Counted from the whole stretch's first letter, positions 14,583 to 27,480 are shown. The stretch is DNA of 63,998 bases, filler included, from Collodictyon triciliatum (GCA_043381765.1; 5 parts of 5 records of this genome joined end to end with filler, not necessarily neighbours in it), one strand, 5' to 3'. Translations and numbers: made by a program. Notes: generated by a model from the sequence alone, not told the origin.

Positions 14583-14901
14583 CGTTAAAAGAAAATATAT
14601 TTAGTTTATGTGACAATAACACAAGCAAACTATGTATGTAATCAAATAAAACATGGGGAGAAAATCGTCAGGGTAGGTGCCTACAGATAGAAAAATGACA
14701 AGCAAACGAACAAAACCATATTTTCTAGCAGGCAAACTATCATATCCAATCAGGTATATGGTTTGTGGTAGCGGTGAAGGGGTATTCATTTTTGTGTGTA
14801 TCAGACCCCGTTAAGGGATTTCATTTTAGATTGTGAGAGACCATCACACTGATGAAGCATGGCGCGAAAGAAGGATTTATCATGGGCATTGTCCATAGGG
14901 T

Positions 14902-16540
14902 TCAAAAGAATTGGGCGCCAGCGTAGAATGCAGGGATGCGGTGGGATGTTGCTTGGTCAAACTTGTTTTCCAGGACGAAGCGGTAGCGGACACCACCAGC
15001 ACGAACGCGCTCGAGGGCAGTATTGATGTTTTGGATGGGCAGAACTCCAATCCAAGGACTGACGTTGTACTAGGAAGCAAATTGCAACATTTCTTTGATT
15101 TCGAAAGTGGAGCCGATGACGCTGCCATACAGGCCGACTTGGCTCATGATAAGATTGAAGGGCGCGATTTTGATGGGTTCTTCAGGGAGACCAACCACAA
15201 CCATTTTTCCGTGAGTGCGGAGAAGTGCCAGATACCCGCCCCAGTTCATGTCGTTGCTGTTGGCTGTCACAAGGATAACATCCAACTAATAAATTCTGAT
15301 TGTAAAACAAAGTCCACTTTCTTTTTATTATATCAGTACATAAGCACATATTAACGGATTTTTGTGTTTGATTCGCATACGGTCTTTGCAGCAGCAGCGA
15401 TTTCGGCAGGGTTGCTACTGTTGATGAAGTGATGCGCTCCAAGCTTAATAGCTTCCTCTTTCTTTTTCTCTGAGTGAGAAATGGCAGTTACCTCGCCTCC
15501 TAGGGCCTGTATTTTTCTTTGTTTTAAATATATGAACACATGAATCCTCTTTAAAGCGATATATGCCGTGAAGGTATTTTATTTTGCAACATAAATATCA
15601 TAGTGTAAACAAACCTTGGCGAACTGAATTCCCAAATGCCCAAGTCCTCCGATACCAATTATTCCCACCTTGACTCCGGTGCTTACACCATGGCTGTTTA
15701 TGAGAAAAAAAAAACGTAAAAATAAAGCGCTTCGTTTCTTGTATCAAGAAATTGTGTAACTTAGGCATTTGTGAGTCTAAATGATGTCCCTACCGCCTCA
15801 GGGGAGCGAAAACTGTGATTCCAGCGCATAGAAGAGGAGCAGCGACATCAGAAGGGATACTCTCTGGGATGAGGAAGGCGAAGTCGGACAAGAGACGGAC
15901 GCGGTCGGCATATCCGCCCCTTGAGAGCTCACCGTCAGCGTAGGGTATATTGTAGGTGAAGACTTTCTTTGGGCAGCATTGATTATCCTTGTTGCTGCAC
16001 TCCTCACAATCGGGCTTCAGACAGGCAAAACACTGAGCGCCCACACCCACTCGGTCCCCTACCTTGAAGGAAGGTCGATATTGATGAGAGGTGAACGCAA
16101 GACTACGTAACATGCAAAGCTTTACAGGATGGCATCTTTTTTTATGAGACTTACCTTCAGGTTGGTCACGTTAGGGCCTGTGGCAACAACCTCGCCGATA
16201 ATCTCATGTCCAACAACCACAGGATAGACTGACCTCTTCCAGCCGTTATCGATGGTATGGATATCTGTAAAGTTGTGATAATACGGATAAGTGGAGCAAC
16301 AACATCAGAGTCTACGGTGCGGCGTTGGTTCTCATCACAGGCTGAGCTTTACAACCTGCTGCAGTCTCTGTGTGTTTGTGTCAAACGTCACTCACCCGAC
16401 CCACAGATTCCGCAGTGGGTGATTTTGATCTCAATGTCGCGCGGGCCAAGGATGCGGGGATGATATGTCCATGGCTCAAGGGTTGCTCCGGCACTCAATG
16501 CGGCATAGGAGTGGAATGTAACGCTGGTGTCAACGGCCAT
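14902..16540 (-). CDS. Zn-dependent NADP alcohol dehydrogenase (cinnamyl-ADH/MDR family) with an in-frame TAG in the last exon; possible recent pseudogene
   Basis: MAVDTSVTF..IEIKITHCGICGS|DIHT..YPVVVGHEIIGEVV..VGDRVGVGAQ..C..C..C..C..GGYAD..AAPLLCAGITVFAPL..GIIGIGGLGHLG..EMLQFAS*YNVSPWIGVLPIQNINTALERVRAGGVRYRFVLE; TGA at 14904-14902. Confidence 0.92.
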
Positions 16541-17097
16541 GTGGCTGCTTTTTATATGGGATAGAAGCGGTGTAAGTTGAAAGAAAATAAAGCATTCTTG
16601 ATGGGCATTATCATTGGCGTGCTGGGTTGAGAAGTCATTCCCACGATGCTCTGACAAGGTTGAGGCAGGGTGATGAAAAATAAATAATGGTTATTAATAT
16701 TGTGGTTTTTAAAGATTCTCTTCACTTCTTTCTTCTTTTTTTACTTTGCTTTCTTTGCTTTCTTTGCTTTCTTTGCTTTCTTTGCTTTCTATACAGCTGC
16801 GGTTGGTTTGCCGTTGATAGGTTAATTCATTCGGAAAACAGGTAAATGTCGCGCGTGGTGCTCGGCAAAGCGATCCACTTCGTTCAGATTTCATAAGGAA
16901 ATTACTTGCCTCTTCAAACTTCTGTCTTCTGTCAAACCGAACGCCTATTTGTATGTTCCTAAAGCTGGACATGGGTTTTTTATATGTCCTGTTAAATCCC
17001 AGCCGGCAATGGCGAAGCACATTCGAAACGCATTAGGTGAAGTCCCTTTGGCGAGGTGGCAAGCAGGATGACATGTGGGCCCTATTGGGTCAAAGGT

Positions 17098-17122
17098 ATT
17101 CTAGAAGCTTCTGGAAGCTTCC
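17098..17122. promoter_or_regulatory. Perfect five-unit heat-shock element (HSE)
   Basis: aTTCt aGAAg cTTCt gGAAg cTTCc forms five alternating nGAAn pentamers, about 560 bp upstream of the ADH ATG. Confidence 0.65.
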
Positions 17123-17249
17123 GCCTTCAGTGCAACCTTTACTGGAAAATACCACCTGTATTTTATATTCCTCCATAATCTAATCATCATTTATGTCACG
17201 CTGGGAATGTCTTTTCAACTTTGGTTTTTTTCTTTTAGATTTTTTTTTT

Positions 17250-17400
17250 CATTCTTCCTTTCAATTTTGTGCAGGATGGTGAAGATGTTGGCTTTGGTTC
17301 GCTAGCCATCGTTTGCATGGACGCTACTTGGTGGCCGGGTGGCAGAGAAGTAGTCGGTAATCAGGAATTGCATCCTGCGGTTTGGCCTGTAGCCTGGGTC
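17250..17400 (-). mobile_element. Dispersed repeat fragment, probable 3' end of a LINE-like element
   Basis: Clearly alignable by eye with 42056-42205 (attcttcctttcaattttgtgcagga..gatgttggctttggttcgctagccatc..ggcagagaagtagtcggtaa..gcatcctgcggtttggcctgt). Confidence 0.6.
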
Positions 17401-17522
17401 TTGTGCTTGCATAAGAGATACAAGGCGAGGTTTAATATCCTTCTCAGCTTCTTTCCACATTTTTTCCTTTTAGATTTTAAATTGAGTTGCCACACGAAAG
17501 CAACTAAAGACACTCCATCATT

Positions 17523-19030
17523 CCGTGCCTCTTTTACTTGAGTATCAAGACGGCGATTGTTACTTATCCGAAAGGATACTCCAAAGCGAAGGCAACACAA
17601 GAACCATCGCCCACCAAAGATAGTCCGTTTATCCCGCCCCAGCCCGTCGCACCGAGAACCAAGGAACAAGAGCAAATACCACAAGTCGAATCCAAGCTTG
17701 AAACTTCACATACCAATGACAGTCCGAGCAAGCAGGAGCGTATGTTTCTAAAACCACAAACTCGCAACCATACTCTGGTTAGGTAAAGTCCACTGCCAAA
17801 TGCACATGGTTCCGAAACCAGGGGACGGTCAAGTGCTACTTCCATGAATACCAGACAAACAACGACATATCGCTTTCTGTCTGGGTTGCCTAGCAAGAAA
17901 CGCAAGGAAAGTGACCCGTTGTCTCCTCAAAAGACTCATCCTGTGTAATGAAATAGAATGTAAACCTTTTCTGAGACAGACAGCTGAAAGGTCTTGTTGG
18001 AATCTATTCTTGAAGTAACAGGCATGCGCGTACTTTCATCGACCCGACAACTTTATCCGCTCTTTTACAAGTGTCGAATACACTTAGAAATCGTGGTGGA
18101 GGTGATTCACATTGGGTAGAATGGTCTGCGTGTGAGAAAACTTTCTCTCCTTTGTATCTTGCTTTCTTTTTCATCTTTTCTTCCACCAAAACAAAAAAAA
18201 ACGAAGATTTACTGTAATATACAGATGTGGTAACTTTTTTTTTTCTTCATGCAGTATTCCGCAACATTCTGTGAATTTCTTTGCTTTTACTAGCCACCCA
18301 AAGGCCAATCTAAACAGATAAAGACGCTCACTCCGCCTAATCAAAGAGAGAAGGGCTTGACCACAATAACACCAAGCCTGCACAAGCCGGATTGGGACGC
18401 GAGATGAGTCAGGCAGAGTCGATTGTAAAGAAATGGATAAAAGAATCGGAAGTCAGATATGAGAGTGCGCTCTAGCCATCCAACTTACGGCACATAGCCT
18501 TGGGGGAAGAAGTTCTTGATTTTTCTTCTTTTTCCCCTCTTTTTTACTCTATTCGAAGTGGAGGAGGAGTTCCGTCAAATGCCAAGTGGTGGAACTGAGG
18601 CTGGGCAAAAGATTATGAACTCCTCCATCCGACCAGATGGAACTGTGGAAGAATGGATTAATGACAAAGTTTAAATCGTTTCCAAGAACTTCCTCTTATT
18701 CCAGGGCCTAATTGGTGCAGAGGACTTGAATACCGAGGCTGGAGGAGAAAAAGCATCAAGATTCGATCGTGATCCGCCAGTCCGCAGAGCACAGGCCCAC
18801 AGGTAAAAATAGTTCGGGACATAGCGTGAGGAAAATGCAACCACAAGCTCAGGTTCAGACCACGAGCAAAATAACACATGTTTCAAACTCAGGCGAATGC
18901 ACTAATACATAGAAAGGTATGCCTCCATCATCGCAGCTTATTAAAAGCAGGCTTCGCAAACAAATGCAAATAGAATGAAGATGCCATTGCTAAAGTGAGG
19001 GAAACTATTACACTAGAAGGGGATGGAACC
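17523..19030 (+). mobile_element. Decayed non-LTR (LINE-like) retrotransposon, copy A: ORF1 3' half plus AP-endonuclease-like remnant
   Basis: 17523-18200 is homologous to copies at 25170-25840 and 29040-29660 (SIKTAIVTYPKGYSKAKATQEP..KKRKESDPLSPQKTHPV). Downstream broken frames hold APE-like motifs GGGV (~18560), LIGAEDLNT (~18710, GDxN-like) and SGSDH (~18855). Confidence 0.65.
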
Positions 19031-20432
19031 TCAAAGGTTTGAAAAAAACGACAAAAAAAAATAAAAAGGTTTTGGATATGATAGTACATGCAAAAAAAAA
19101 TATAAGTAAATTAAATCAGGGAAATAGGTATTCAGATCAAGAATACACAATTAAAATCAACTGGGGTTCCCAGCTGAATCTTTTTATTTTTCTTTCAATC
19201 AGGGCTTGGAGGTTTTCGATTTGGTTTGCTAACATTCTTATGAATTGTCGCCACTTGGGGTTTTGGCAGCCGAGAATGAGTCTTTTGTCAGTGAATGAAT
19301 ATTGGTGATTGATTTGAAGCCCAGTCTATGCGCTCACAGAGGTAGTGCCCGGTTGGATACCATCACACTTGAACACACAATAGATTGTGAACCACCCACT
19401 TACTAAACACTTAAGAAGTCCTAGGTCATTCAGAACAAAATTTTGTCAATCCCCTGTCGTAACTTCGGCTAGTGACTTACAGGACCAACCTTGACACAAT
19501 TTTGATTGATATTCTGGCTCGGAACTCTCCAAGAATTTTGAGTTGAATAGAATAATTTGATAGTAAGATTTATTATAATTATCATGATGACTATCATTTT
19601 TATTGCTTTATTCAATTCAAAGTGAAAGAAGGTAGAGCCATGTAATCCTGAGAGTAAGATGAAAATAAGTCAGGGAACACAAGAAACTAAGCTAAGAGCA
19701 CATTCACTAGAGCAATTAGTCATTAGCACGATTGCAGGCCCTTTACAGCGCGGTTTGGTGAGCAGAAGGCCTATGAAACAGTCGTTCACGAATATTATTT
19801 AATTTTTATTATTATCTTGCACCTAAATAATATCTCAAACACCTATATAGATATGATTTTTGGAAGACCCAGCTAATAAGCAAAAAATCTATTTTAACTA
19901 TTAAGAGGCTATGGGAAATTCTAAAATCAAACGAGAGATATGTTATAGAAAGAACAGTTGCCGACCCATTTGTTCTTCCTGACTATAGGAGCAATAACCA
20001 GATCACTAAGGCATATCTAATTACCTCAATTCAACAAAAATATGAGCTTTATGTAAAAAACCAAACATGAGTTAAATTGATGAACGGTATATATTCAATA
20101 CAACCTATAGAGGGACTTAATAGAATGAGAGAACAAAAATCCTGTAAAAGATATATATTATAAAAAAAATAAACGCATATTTACAATCAAACCACCAGAC
20201 CGACTTGTCCACGAAAGAAATAGGGCGAAATGAAATTTTTATATAATCTATAATATAAAAAGACAAAGGAATCAAATATCAAGTACAACTTATGCGGGAC
20301 ACAGACATATATGCATGTATTAATCCAAAAAATTGCGCATCTAATATTTACTCTAAAATTATTTCAAGATAATATAAATAAAGTATTGAAATGTTTATAT
20401 AATTCTTTTCAATAATTTAGAAATAAAGGGTA

Positions 20433-20516
20433 AAAGCCGACAGAACCGCTTTCGCCTCCATGGAAATAACGAGCTGAGAACAAAACGGTGAGAACCCTTC
20501 GAGTTGTGCGGTAAGG
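20433..20516. repeat. Diverged ~85-bp dispersed repeat, second copy at 25088-25170
   Basis: Collinear blocks: ttcgcctc; gaacaaaacggtgagaaccc vs ggacaagacagtagaaaccc; ttgtgcggt vs ttgtgtggt. Confidence 0.5.
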
Positions 20517-21453
20517 TTTAAATTTGATTTTTACACGAATTAGGGATAAGTGATATATCTAGAAACATAATACATGAAATTATATTCAAATTTAGTATCA
20601 TTAATCAAAAATAGTACAAGCACAAATTAATCTTCGGATTTAAATTTCGCTTCTTTATACACTGAGACTGATGGGAGGAGATGAACCTTAAAAAAAGAAG
20701 AGTATAATCAAACATATCTGATACTTCTATTAGCTCAAAATCTGTATATTAGGAGAACAATATATACTTAATATAATTTTACTATTTTTACCTTTGATAA
20801 CTTAGACTTTAGACAAAATATTATCGTTTTATATTTATATATATCCAATTATAATTGAAAATCATTGACAATTTATAATATCTGAGTCGTTGCTTATTAT
20901 TTTACTACTTATATTCCCTGAAGCCGATGTTGAATCTAATTGATATATTCCCTTCAATAATTACTAATGAATAGTTAGACTTGAATATATTCTATTCATC
21001 AATACGGCAACTTTTCATTTTTATTTCACATCATTTAAAACATCTACTCTTAAAATTCACAGAATTGTGATGATAATCACAGCCCATCTTAAACTTATTA
21101 ATTTTTTATAAATCAAGATGGATAACACGGAAAAAATTGATATTTATTTATATAGTATTTGGCATCAATTTGATTTCATTTTCCTTTTTATAATTTTTAT
21201 TGACACTGTATATTCTATAGTGGTTATTAATATTTTTAGTATTAAGATTATCAAACAATTTTTTCAATATACACAGATTTTCGCTCATCTAGTTAACACG
21301 ACAAATTTATTTGACGTTTTGATTGAAAACTACTTAATTTAAATATAATTTTTGATGAAAACAGAAAAAAGTTAAAAAAATAGATTCAAAGTATTACTTT
21401 AAACTTAAAGTAGCGTTTCTTGTTTACTAGGATCAATATAATTAAATAGCAGA

Positions 21454-24400
21454 ATGACCCCGAATTTAAAAAAGTTTTGCTGCTTAATTTTGTCTTCTAG
21501 GTACGCTGGTATTTATCATGCATAAATATTGATTGTTTGCATATACAGGATCAAAATGGCTATATTAGCCCACAGTAATTATTTATACGGCTACGGACAT
21601 GAACATCTCTTTCGAACTTTTGATGGTCACGATGGCAGTGTTGAAGTGTTTCTGCCACATCAGACGGATGAAGGGTTGTGTCGGGAAGTGATGACAGTGC
21701 CATCAGAATTTGGAATATAATTGATGTAAGTCTGCTTTTAAAACAAGAAGGACATCCTGGTCATGTTAATAGCGCATCAGTCACGTCAGATAGATCAAGG
21801 TCATATCTGTGAGTAATGACAAAACCATCAAAATTTGGGATATATCGAGAGTATTAGAGATAAATACATTGATGGATGATACACTGCTTTTCTGTGTTCA
21901 TGCGTCCTATGATGGGTCAAAGAATGTCTCTGGTGGAGATAAGTTCCACGTGAAAATTTGGAATCTCTATGATGGTTGCCGCCTTGGAGTATTGATAAGT
22001 CATAAGGGTTTGATTAATAGCATTTCTACGAGTCCAGATAGATTGACGGTTGTGTCTGGAAGTTCTGACTCTAAAATCAGGATTTGGGATTTTCTCATAG
22101 AAATCTAACTTTGGAATTAGAGGGACATTATAGACGGGTTATTCTGTTTTTGTAACGTCTGATAGTTCAAAATTTTTATCTGGGGGCGATGATTACGCAA
22201 TAAAAGTTTGGAATATTTACGATGGAAATTTAATACCTGAGTTATGTGGCCATTATAGTAAAATTTTTAGTGTAGTTGCCACTTCGGACACAAGATTATC
22301 TCCGGGGTTGAAGATAACTCCATAAAACTTTGGCAGGTTTGTCCGTCTGGATTTTTTTTATCATATCGGCTCAGAAATATGTATAGAATGTGATGCGGAA
22401 ACTTACGGTGACCTGGATGCTTTATCCTGCAATCTATTCACTGAATGGACATATAACCCATCAACAGGCGCAATCAATATTGATTAGTATATTCCATGTG
22501 GGCCTGGTACATACAATTATATTAATGGTACAAAAAGTTAAGTCTTGTCTTCTCTGAAAAATTGGAACATAAGACTCTGTTTATGGTGAGAATTCTTGCA
22601 TGGATTGTCCAGAGGGAATTTACAATTCTGTGACGGGATCTAAAACTAATGATAGCTATGGTACATCTCCTATAGGTACATACAACCATAAAAAAGGTTC
22701 TCCATGTCCTGAATTATGTATTTCATGCATTTCTGGTACATACAACCCTACGCAGGGTACACTAGTATTAATTTCTGCATTTTATGTGAATCTAGAACAT
22801 GCAATGCCGCAAATGGCTCCACAACCACCGATTCCTGTATAGGATGTGAACCTGGAACGTATAGCCATTTAAGAGGCTCTGTTGATTGTATTATCTGTTC
22901 AGCTGGTATATACAATCCATATACCGGCTCAAACAGTATTGATTCGTGTATCCCTTGAAATATTGGAACCTACAATAACATGACTGGGCAAAGCCATTGT
23001 AGCTTGTGTGAACCTGGCACATATAGTCCGACTTATGGTCAATCTTTTTGAATTCCTAGCGCACACGTATCATACAATTCAATAAAGGGATCAAAAATAA
23101 TATATGCTTCTCTTCCATGCGCATCTGGAACATATACTCTTAACATGACATTGGCCAATATAAATGACTGTATTTTTTCCTCCATTTTATAAGTCCATAA
23201 ATAAACATGAATGCAAGTCATGTACCTCTTTATTTATATAAGATGGAAGCAGTGATATACATTTTGTGAAATAGCATTGGAAAGCCACGACATATGATAG
23301 TAAACATATTGCTTACAAGCCCAAATTAATATGCGTGTATAGGAGAAAAATACGTGCGCTAATGGGTATATGGGGCCTTTGTGTAGTGTCTGAAAATCAG
23401 GATTTTTAAATCTGGCTATACATGTTACGAGTGCCCGTATAAGGGAGTCGATGAATCTTTCTGTTTTTAAGTTTATCATCCCCTTGGCTTTTGTATTTAT
23501 TATGATAGAGGAAGCAAGACACCCTAAAACAGCAAAAGTTCAAATTTTGAAAACGTTGTGTTGTATCGTGTCCACACACTTTCAGATTCTATTATACTTT
23601 GCAAACTTTGATGTTGATTGGAGCTCCAAATTGATTTTATCTATGAATATACCGGCAATATTTTCATTTTCATTTTCAGTGGAAAACTATCCCGTCAGTT
23701 GTCAATACGGATTGAAAGATACGTCAATATTTTTATTCCATGGCATCTCCACTAATTTTGGTTGCTGTTATTATTGTTGTTATTTTACTCAAAACAACTT
23801 GGAGGCTGAAGAGTGATAAGGTTGGAAATGAAGACATAACCTTGTTTAAAATTGCCAAGGAATTTATCATTTCAATTATGGTATTATTGTTTTTTGTTCA
23901 CCCTTCAATTACATCTTCCATATCAAGTATACTTTCATGTGAAAAACTGGGTGATATAAGATCCTCAAAGGCTCATATATCTATTTTATGTGATGACCCT
24001 TATTATGTTCTGTGGGAAAATATGTCTGGTGTATATTATACTCTATTGCTTTGGCGGACCACTTTCACATTGTGGATACATGTTTTACAACGTATCCTCG
24101 TTGATAAATCCTACATCCAACACATATAATCTACTTGGGTTTCTGGTGGATGGATAAAAAGAAAAGAGCTTCTATTGGGAAGTTGTTATCATGATGCAAA
24201 AGCTACTTGTGGTTATAATCAAATTTACATTCTCCGCGGCATTATATATATATATATATATATATATTGGGCCATGGCTGCTGTTATTTGTTTTTATTTT
24301 ATCTATATTTTTGAAGCCATTTATGTCGAACGTTATTAGGAAATCTCAACTCTGCTCCTTATCTATTATCTATTTTACTTTGATGACCAGTTTTCTATTT

Positions 24401-24662
24401 TGATATTCTGACATTAGATCAAATAAAGTAATCCTTCTAACAATCGTGATTCTGCTGAATGGAGCTATCGGCGCTGTTTCTATGTACAAGACTGGACCAT
24501 TTTTTGTTGGCTTTCTTTGTAAAGATAGAAAACTATGAATTCATTTATAAGAATAGCCAAACGTGTATCCTTGGTTTTTATGTTCAAAGACGTGATGCCC
24601 TCAGAAAAACGAAAGAGATAGGGATGGAGGACTTGGGTCATGGTGCAATTATATACTTTTAA
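21454..24662 (+). pseudogene. Intronless pseudogene: WD40 repeats + Cys-rich CxxGTY repeats + multi-pass TM region
   Basis: Fragments separated by many stops and frameshifts: GHDGSV, DKTIKIWD, SHKGLINSISTSPDRLTVVSGSSDSKIRIWD; CISCISGTYNP, CEPGTYS, CSAGIYNP; CANGYMGPLCSV; hydrophobic segments, THFQIL, FFVHPSIT..LSC and FYWEVVIMMQKLLVV. Confidence 0.8.
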
Positions 24663-24690
24663 GAATTATGAAAAAAAAAATACGCCAGTC

Positions 24691-24857
24691 TCACCATCAC
24701 CATCACCATCACCATCACTCTCTCACTCTCTCACTCTCTCACTTTCTCACTCTCTCACTCTCTCACTCTCTCACTCTCTCACTCTCTCACTCTCTCACTC
24801 TCTCACTCTCTCACTCTCTCACTCTCTCACTCTCTCACTCTCTCACTCTCTCACTCT
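24691..24857. repeat. (TCACCA)n grading into (TCTCACTC)n tandem repeat
   Basis: Read directly. Confidence 0.9.
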
Positions 24858-25169
24858 TGAAATATACAAATATTCGCCAGAGTTACATATAAGAGAAGGG
24901 AATGTAATGAAAGGAAAAATAGATAATAAAAAGGGGGAGAGAAGGGTATGTGAATTGATTATATCGCATTTAAATATATCAAAATTTTACCAAGAAAAGT
25001 AAGACGAAGCATTAATTTTTTTAACAATTGCGAACCAAAAAAGAAACTTTTAACTGATTGCATTACAACAGTTTATTAGTAAATGAACAAACCGGAGGAA
25101 ACAGCCTTCGCCTCTAGGACAAAAATCAGTTGCGGACAAGACAGTAGAAACCCCAGATTGTGTGGTTGG

Positions 25170-26740
25170 AGTTTTTGTGTTTTGGGTGGAAGAAGAAAAG
25201 AAAAAAAAGGAGAAAAATATGAAGTGTTCTACATATAGACCATTCTACTCAAGGTGATTCAGCCCCAAAGCGGTTTCTGGTTGTATGCGAGACTGACAGA
25301 GGAGCGGATAAAGTTGTCGGGTCGATGAAAGTACGCACATGGCAGTTACTTCTCAAATCGATTCCGACGAGTCCTTTCAGCCGCCTATCTCAGACAAGAT
25401 TTACGTCCTATTTCATTCCACAGGATGAGTCTTTTGAGGAGACAACGGGTCACTTTCCTTGCGTTTCTTGCTAGGCGACTGAGACAAAAAGCGATACATC
25501 GTTGTTTGTCTGGTATTATCTGAAGTGGCGCTTGACTTTCTCCTGGCATCGGACCATGCGTAGTCAGCAGTGGACTTTGCTTAACCAGAGTATGAATACG
25601 CGTTTGTGGTTTTAGAAACATACGCTCCTGCTTTCTCAGACTGCCTTTAGTGTATGAAGTTCCAAGCTTGGATTCGACTTGTGGTGTTTGCTCTTGCTCC
25701 TTGGTTCTCGGTGCGACGGGCTGGGACAGGGTAAACGGACTATCTTTGGTGGGCGCTGGTTCTTGTGTTGCCTTCGCTTTGGAATATCCTTTAGGATATG
25801 TAACAATGGCTGTCTTGATACTCAAGTAAATGAGGCACGTCAGTCTGAATGGGTAGTTTAAGGGGGGATTTCTTTCGGGGTTTGGAGATGCGCTGCTCTT
25901 GGGTCATGCGATGTGCGGGCTTGTCCGATGTTGGTGGTGGAGGGCTCGAGTGCGAGGATTCTGAAGAGGAACCGAGATTTCCTTCCATGTCATCGCCGTT
26001 GTCGCTGTATGCGCGTATCTGCTGTGAGTCTTGCGGGCTCAGTTGTTGCCTGGCCTTGGCTTCCTTGACCCCGTTGCTGCTTGTCTGCTAAGTGTATGTA
26101 TTCTTTTGTGGAGCTTTTACTTGTCGTTTGTTGTTTGCAGCTGGCGGACACTCTTTGGGGATGTGCTTTGGACACTTTTTACCCATGACCGTAAACTTTG
26201 CAGGGAGCTGGTTCTTGTGGCAAAGAAGCTTCACCACGGCCGTGTCTGTGAAGAAGCCTTTGTCCTTTTTTGATGTATCCACGTGGGTCGGTCTGAACGG
26301 CTTCAGCTCCTCATGAAGGAGTTGCGGCCATACTTACAGCGGTAGTTGGTAGAGCATCACCGAGGTCTCTGTTGGTTTACTTCTCTGCTGAAGCTGATCG
26401 TAATATCGCTCAGACTTACCTGTTTCAGCTCCATGAGCTTTCCGGTGTTTTCTGCAGTGCGGAAGGCAATCAGGCAAAGGCCTTCGCTGTCCGGTAAGCC
26501 CAGTTGGATGGACTCTTCCCAAAGTTTGTTCGCATTCAAGAAGGAGGCGAGCGCATCAGTGAGCCTGCGGGCCTTGTTCTTGTTTTAAACGACTTGCTCG
26601 ACCCCGTGCAAAAATACTTTCGATCGGACAGACTTGCAGGCGGTTTCCTTGCACACGTCTTCGTGGATTTACGTTCAACTCAGTTTTTCCGCACCAGCGT
26701 TGGAATCAGAAGAACTTTCTCTACTCTCTAATCCAACCCT
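25170..26740 (-). mobile_element. Decayed LINE-like retrotransposon, copy B (near-complete frameshifted ORF1)
   Basis: Overlapping broken ORFs NANKLWEESIQLGLPDSEGLCLIAFRT..VMLYQLPL..DKGFFTDTAVVKLLCHKNQLPAKFTVMGKKC..PKGYSKAKAT, with high nucleotide similarity to 29040-30355. Confidence 0.7.
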
Positions 26741-27148
26741 GACTTTTTTTTTTCTGTTTATTTCAACGTGGCGAAGCAGTGGAATACAGACAAGCTTATA
26801 GAGTAGAGAAATACATCGAGCATACTGATAAGCAAGGGCGTGACTGCGAAGCAGAAAACGCCATGAATGAAGAGCTTCTCTTCTGGCATAGAGAAAAAAT
26901 ATATGAGCACCAGCCCGACATATCCATTAAGCACGCCTTGAAGACTCCCGTCTTCTTCTGTCCGGTTCAGCAGGGCGGCACAAACACACGATCGGCTCAA
27001 CAAAACGAAAGAGAAAGGAAGATGGCACAGCAGAAACAGTCCTGCAAATCTGACAGCAACTATTTGGGGGGTTTTTTATTAGGGGAGTTTTTTTTATTAG
27101 GGGAGTTTTTTTTTTATTGGGGGATTTTAATTGGGGGGGGGGGGGGGG

Positions 27149-27220
<72 letters not shown>

Positions 27221-27320
27221 NNNNNNNNNNNNNNNNNNNNNNNNNNNNNNNNNNNNNNNNNNNNTTAATTAATTAANNNNNNNNNNNNNNNNNNNNNNNN
27301 NNNNNNNNNNNNNNNNNNNN
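27221..27320. other. Artificial contig linker
   Basis: N44-TTAATTAATTAA-N44. Confidence 0.95.
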
Positions 27321-27414
27321 TTGTTTGTTTGTTTGTTTGTTTGTTTGTTTGTTTGTTTGTTTGTTTGTTTGTTTGTTTGTTTGTTTGTTTGTTTGTTTGT
27401 TTGTTTGTTTGTTT
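27321..27414. repeat. (TTTG)n microsatellite
   Basis: Read directly. Confidence 0.95.
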
Positions 27415-27480
27415 CTATGAAAGTGATTCTTTGTTAGGACGCTCAAATATAAGTATATTTAAGTCTTCCAAAGCTCCGGG

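Noticed and set aside
14902-16540. Genome-wide UAG reassignment (alternative genetic code)
   Set aside because: Exons of 460-790 codons elsewhere in the window contain no in-frame TAG; the ADH case is isolated.
19200-20300. Protein-like broken frames between LINE copy A and the pseudogene
   Set aside because: No motif I can assign; likely decayed coding or TE sequence, and it needs BLASTX.
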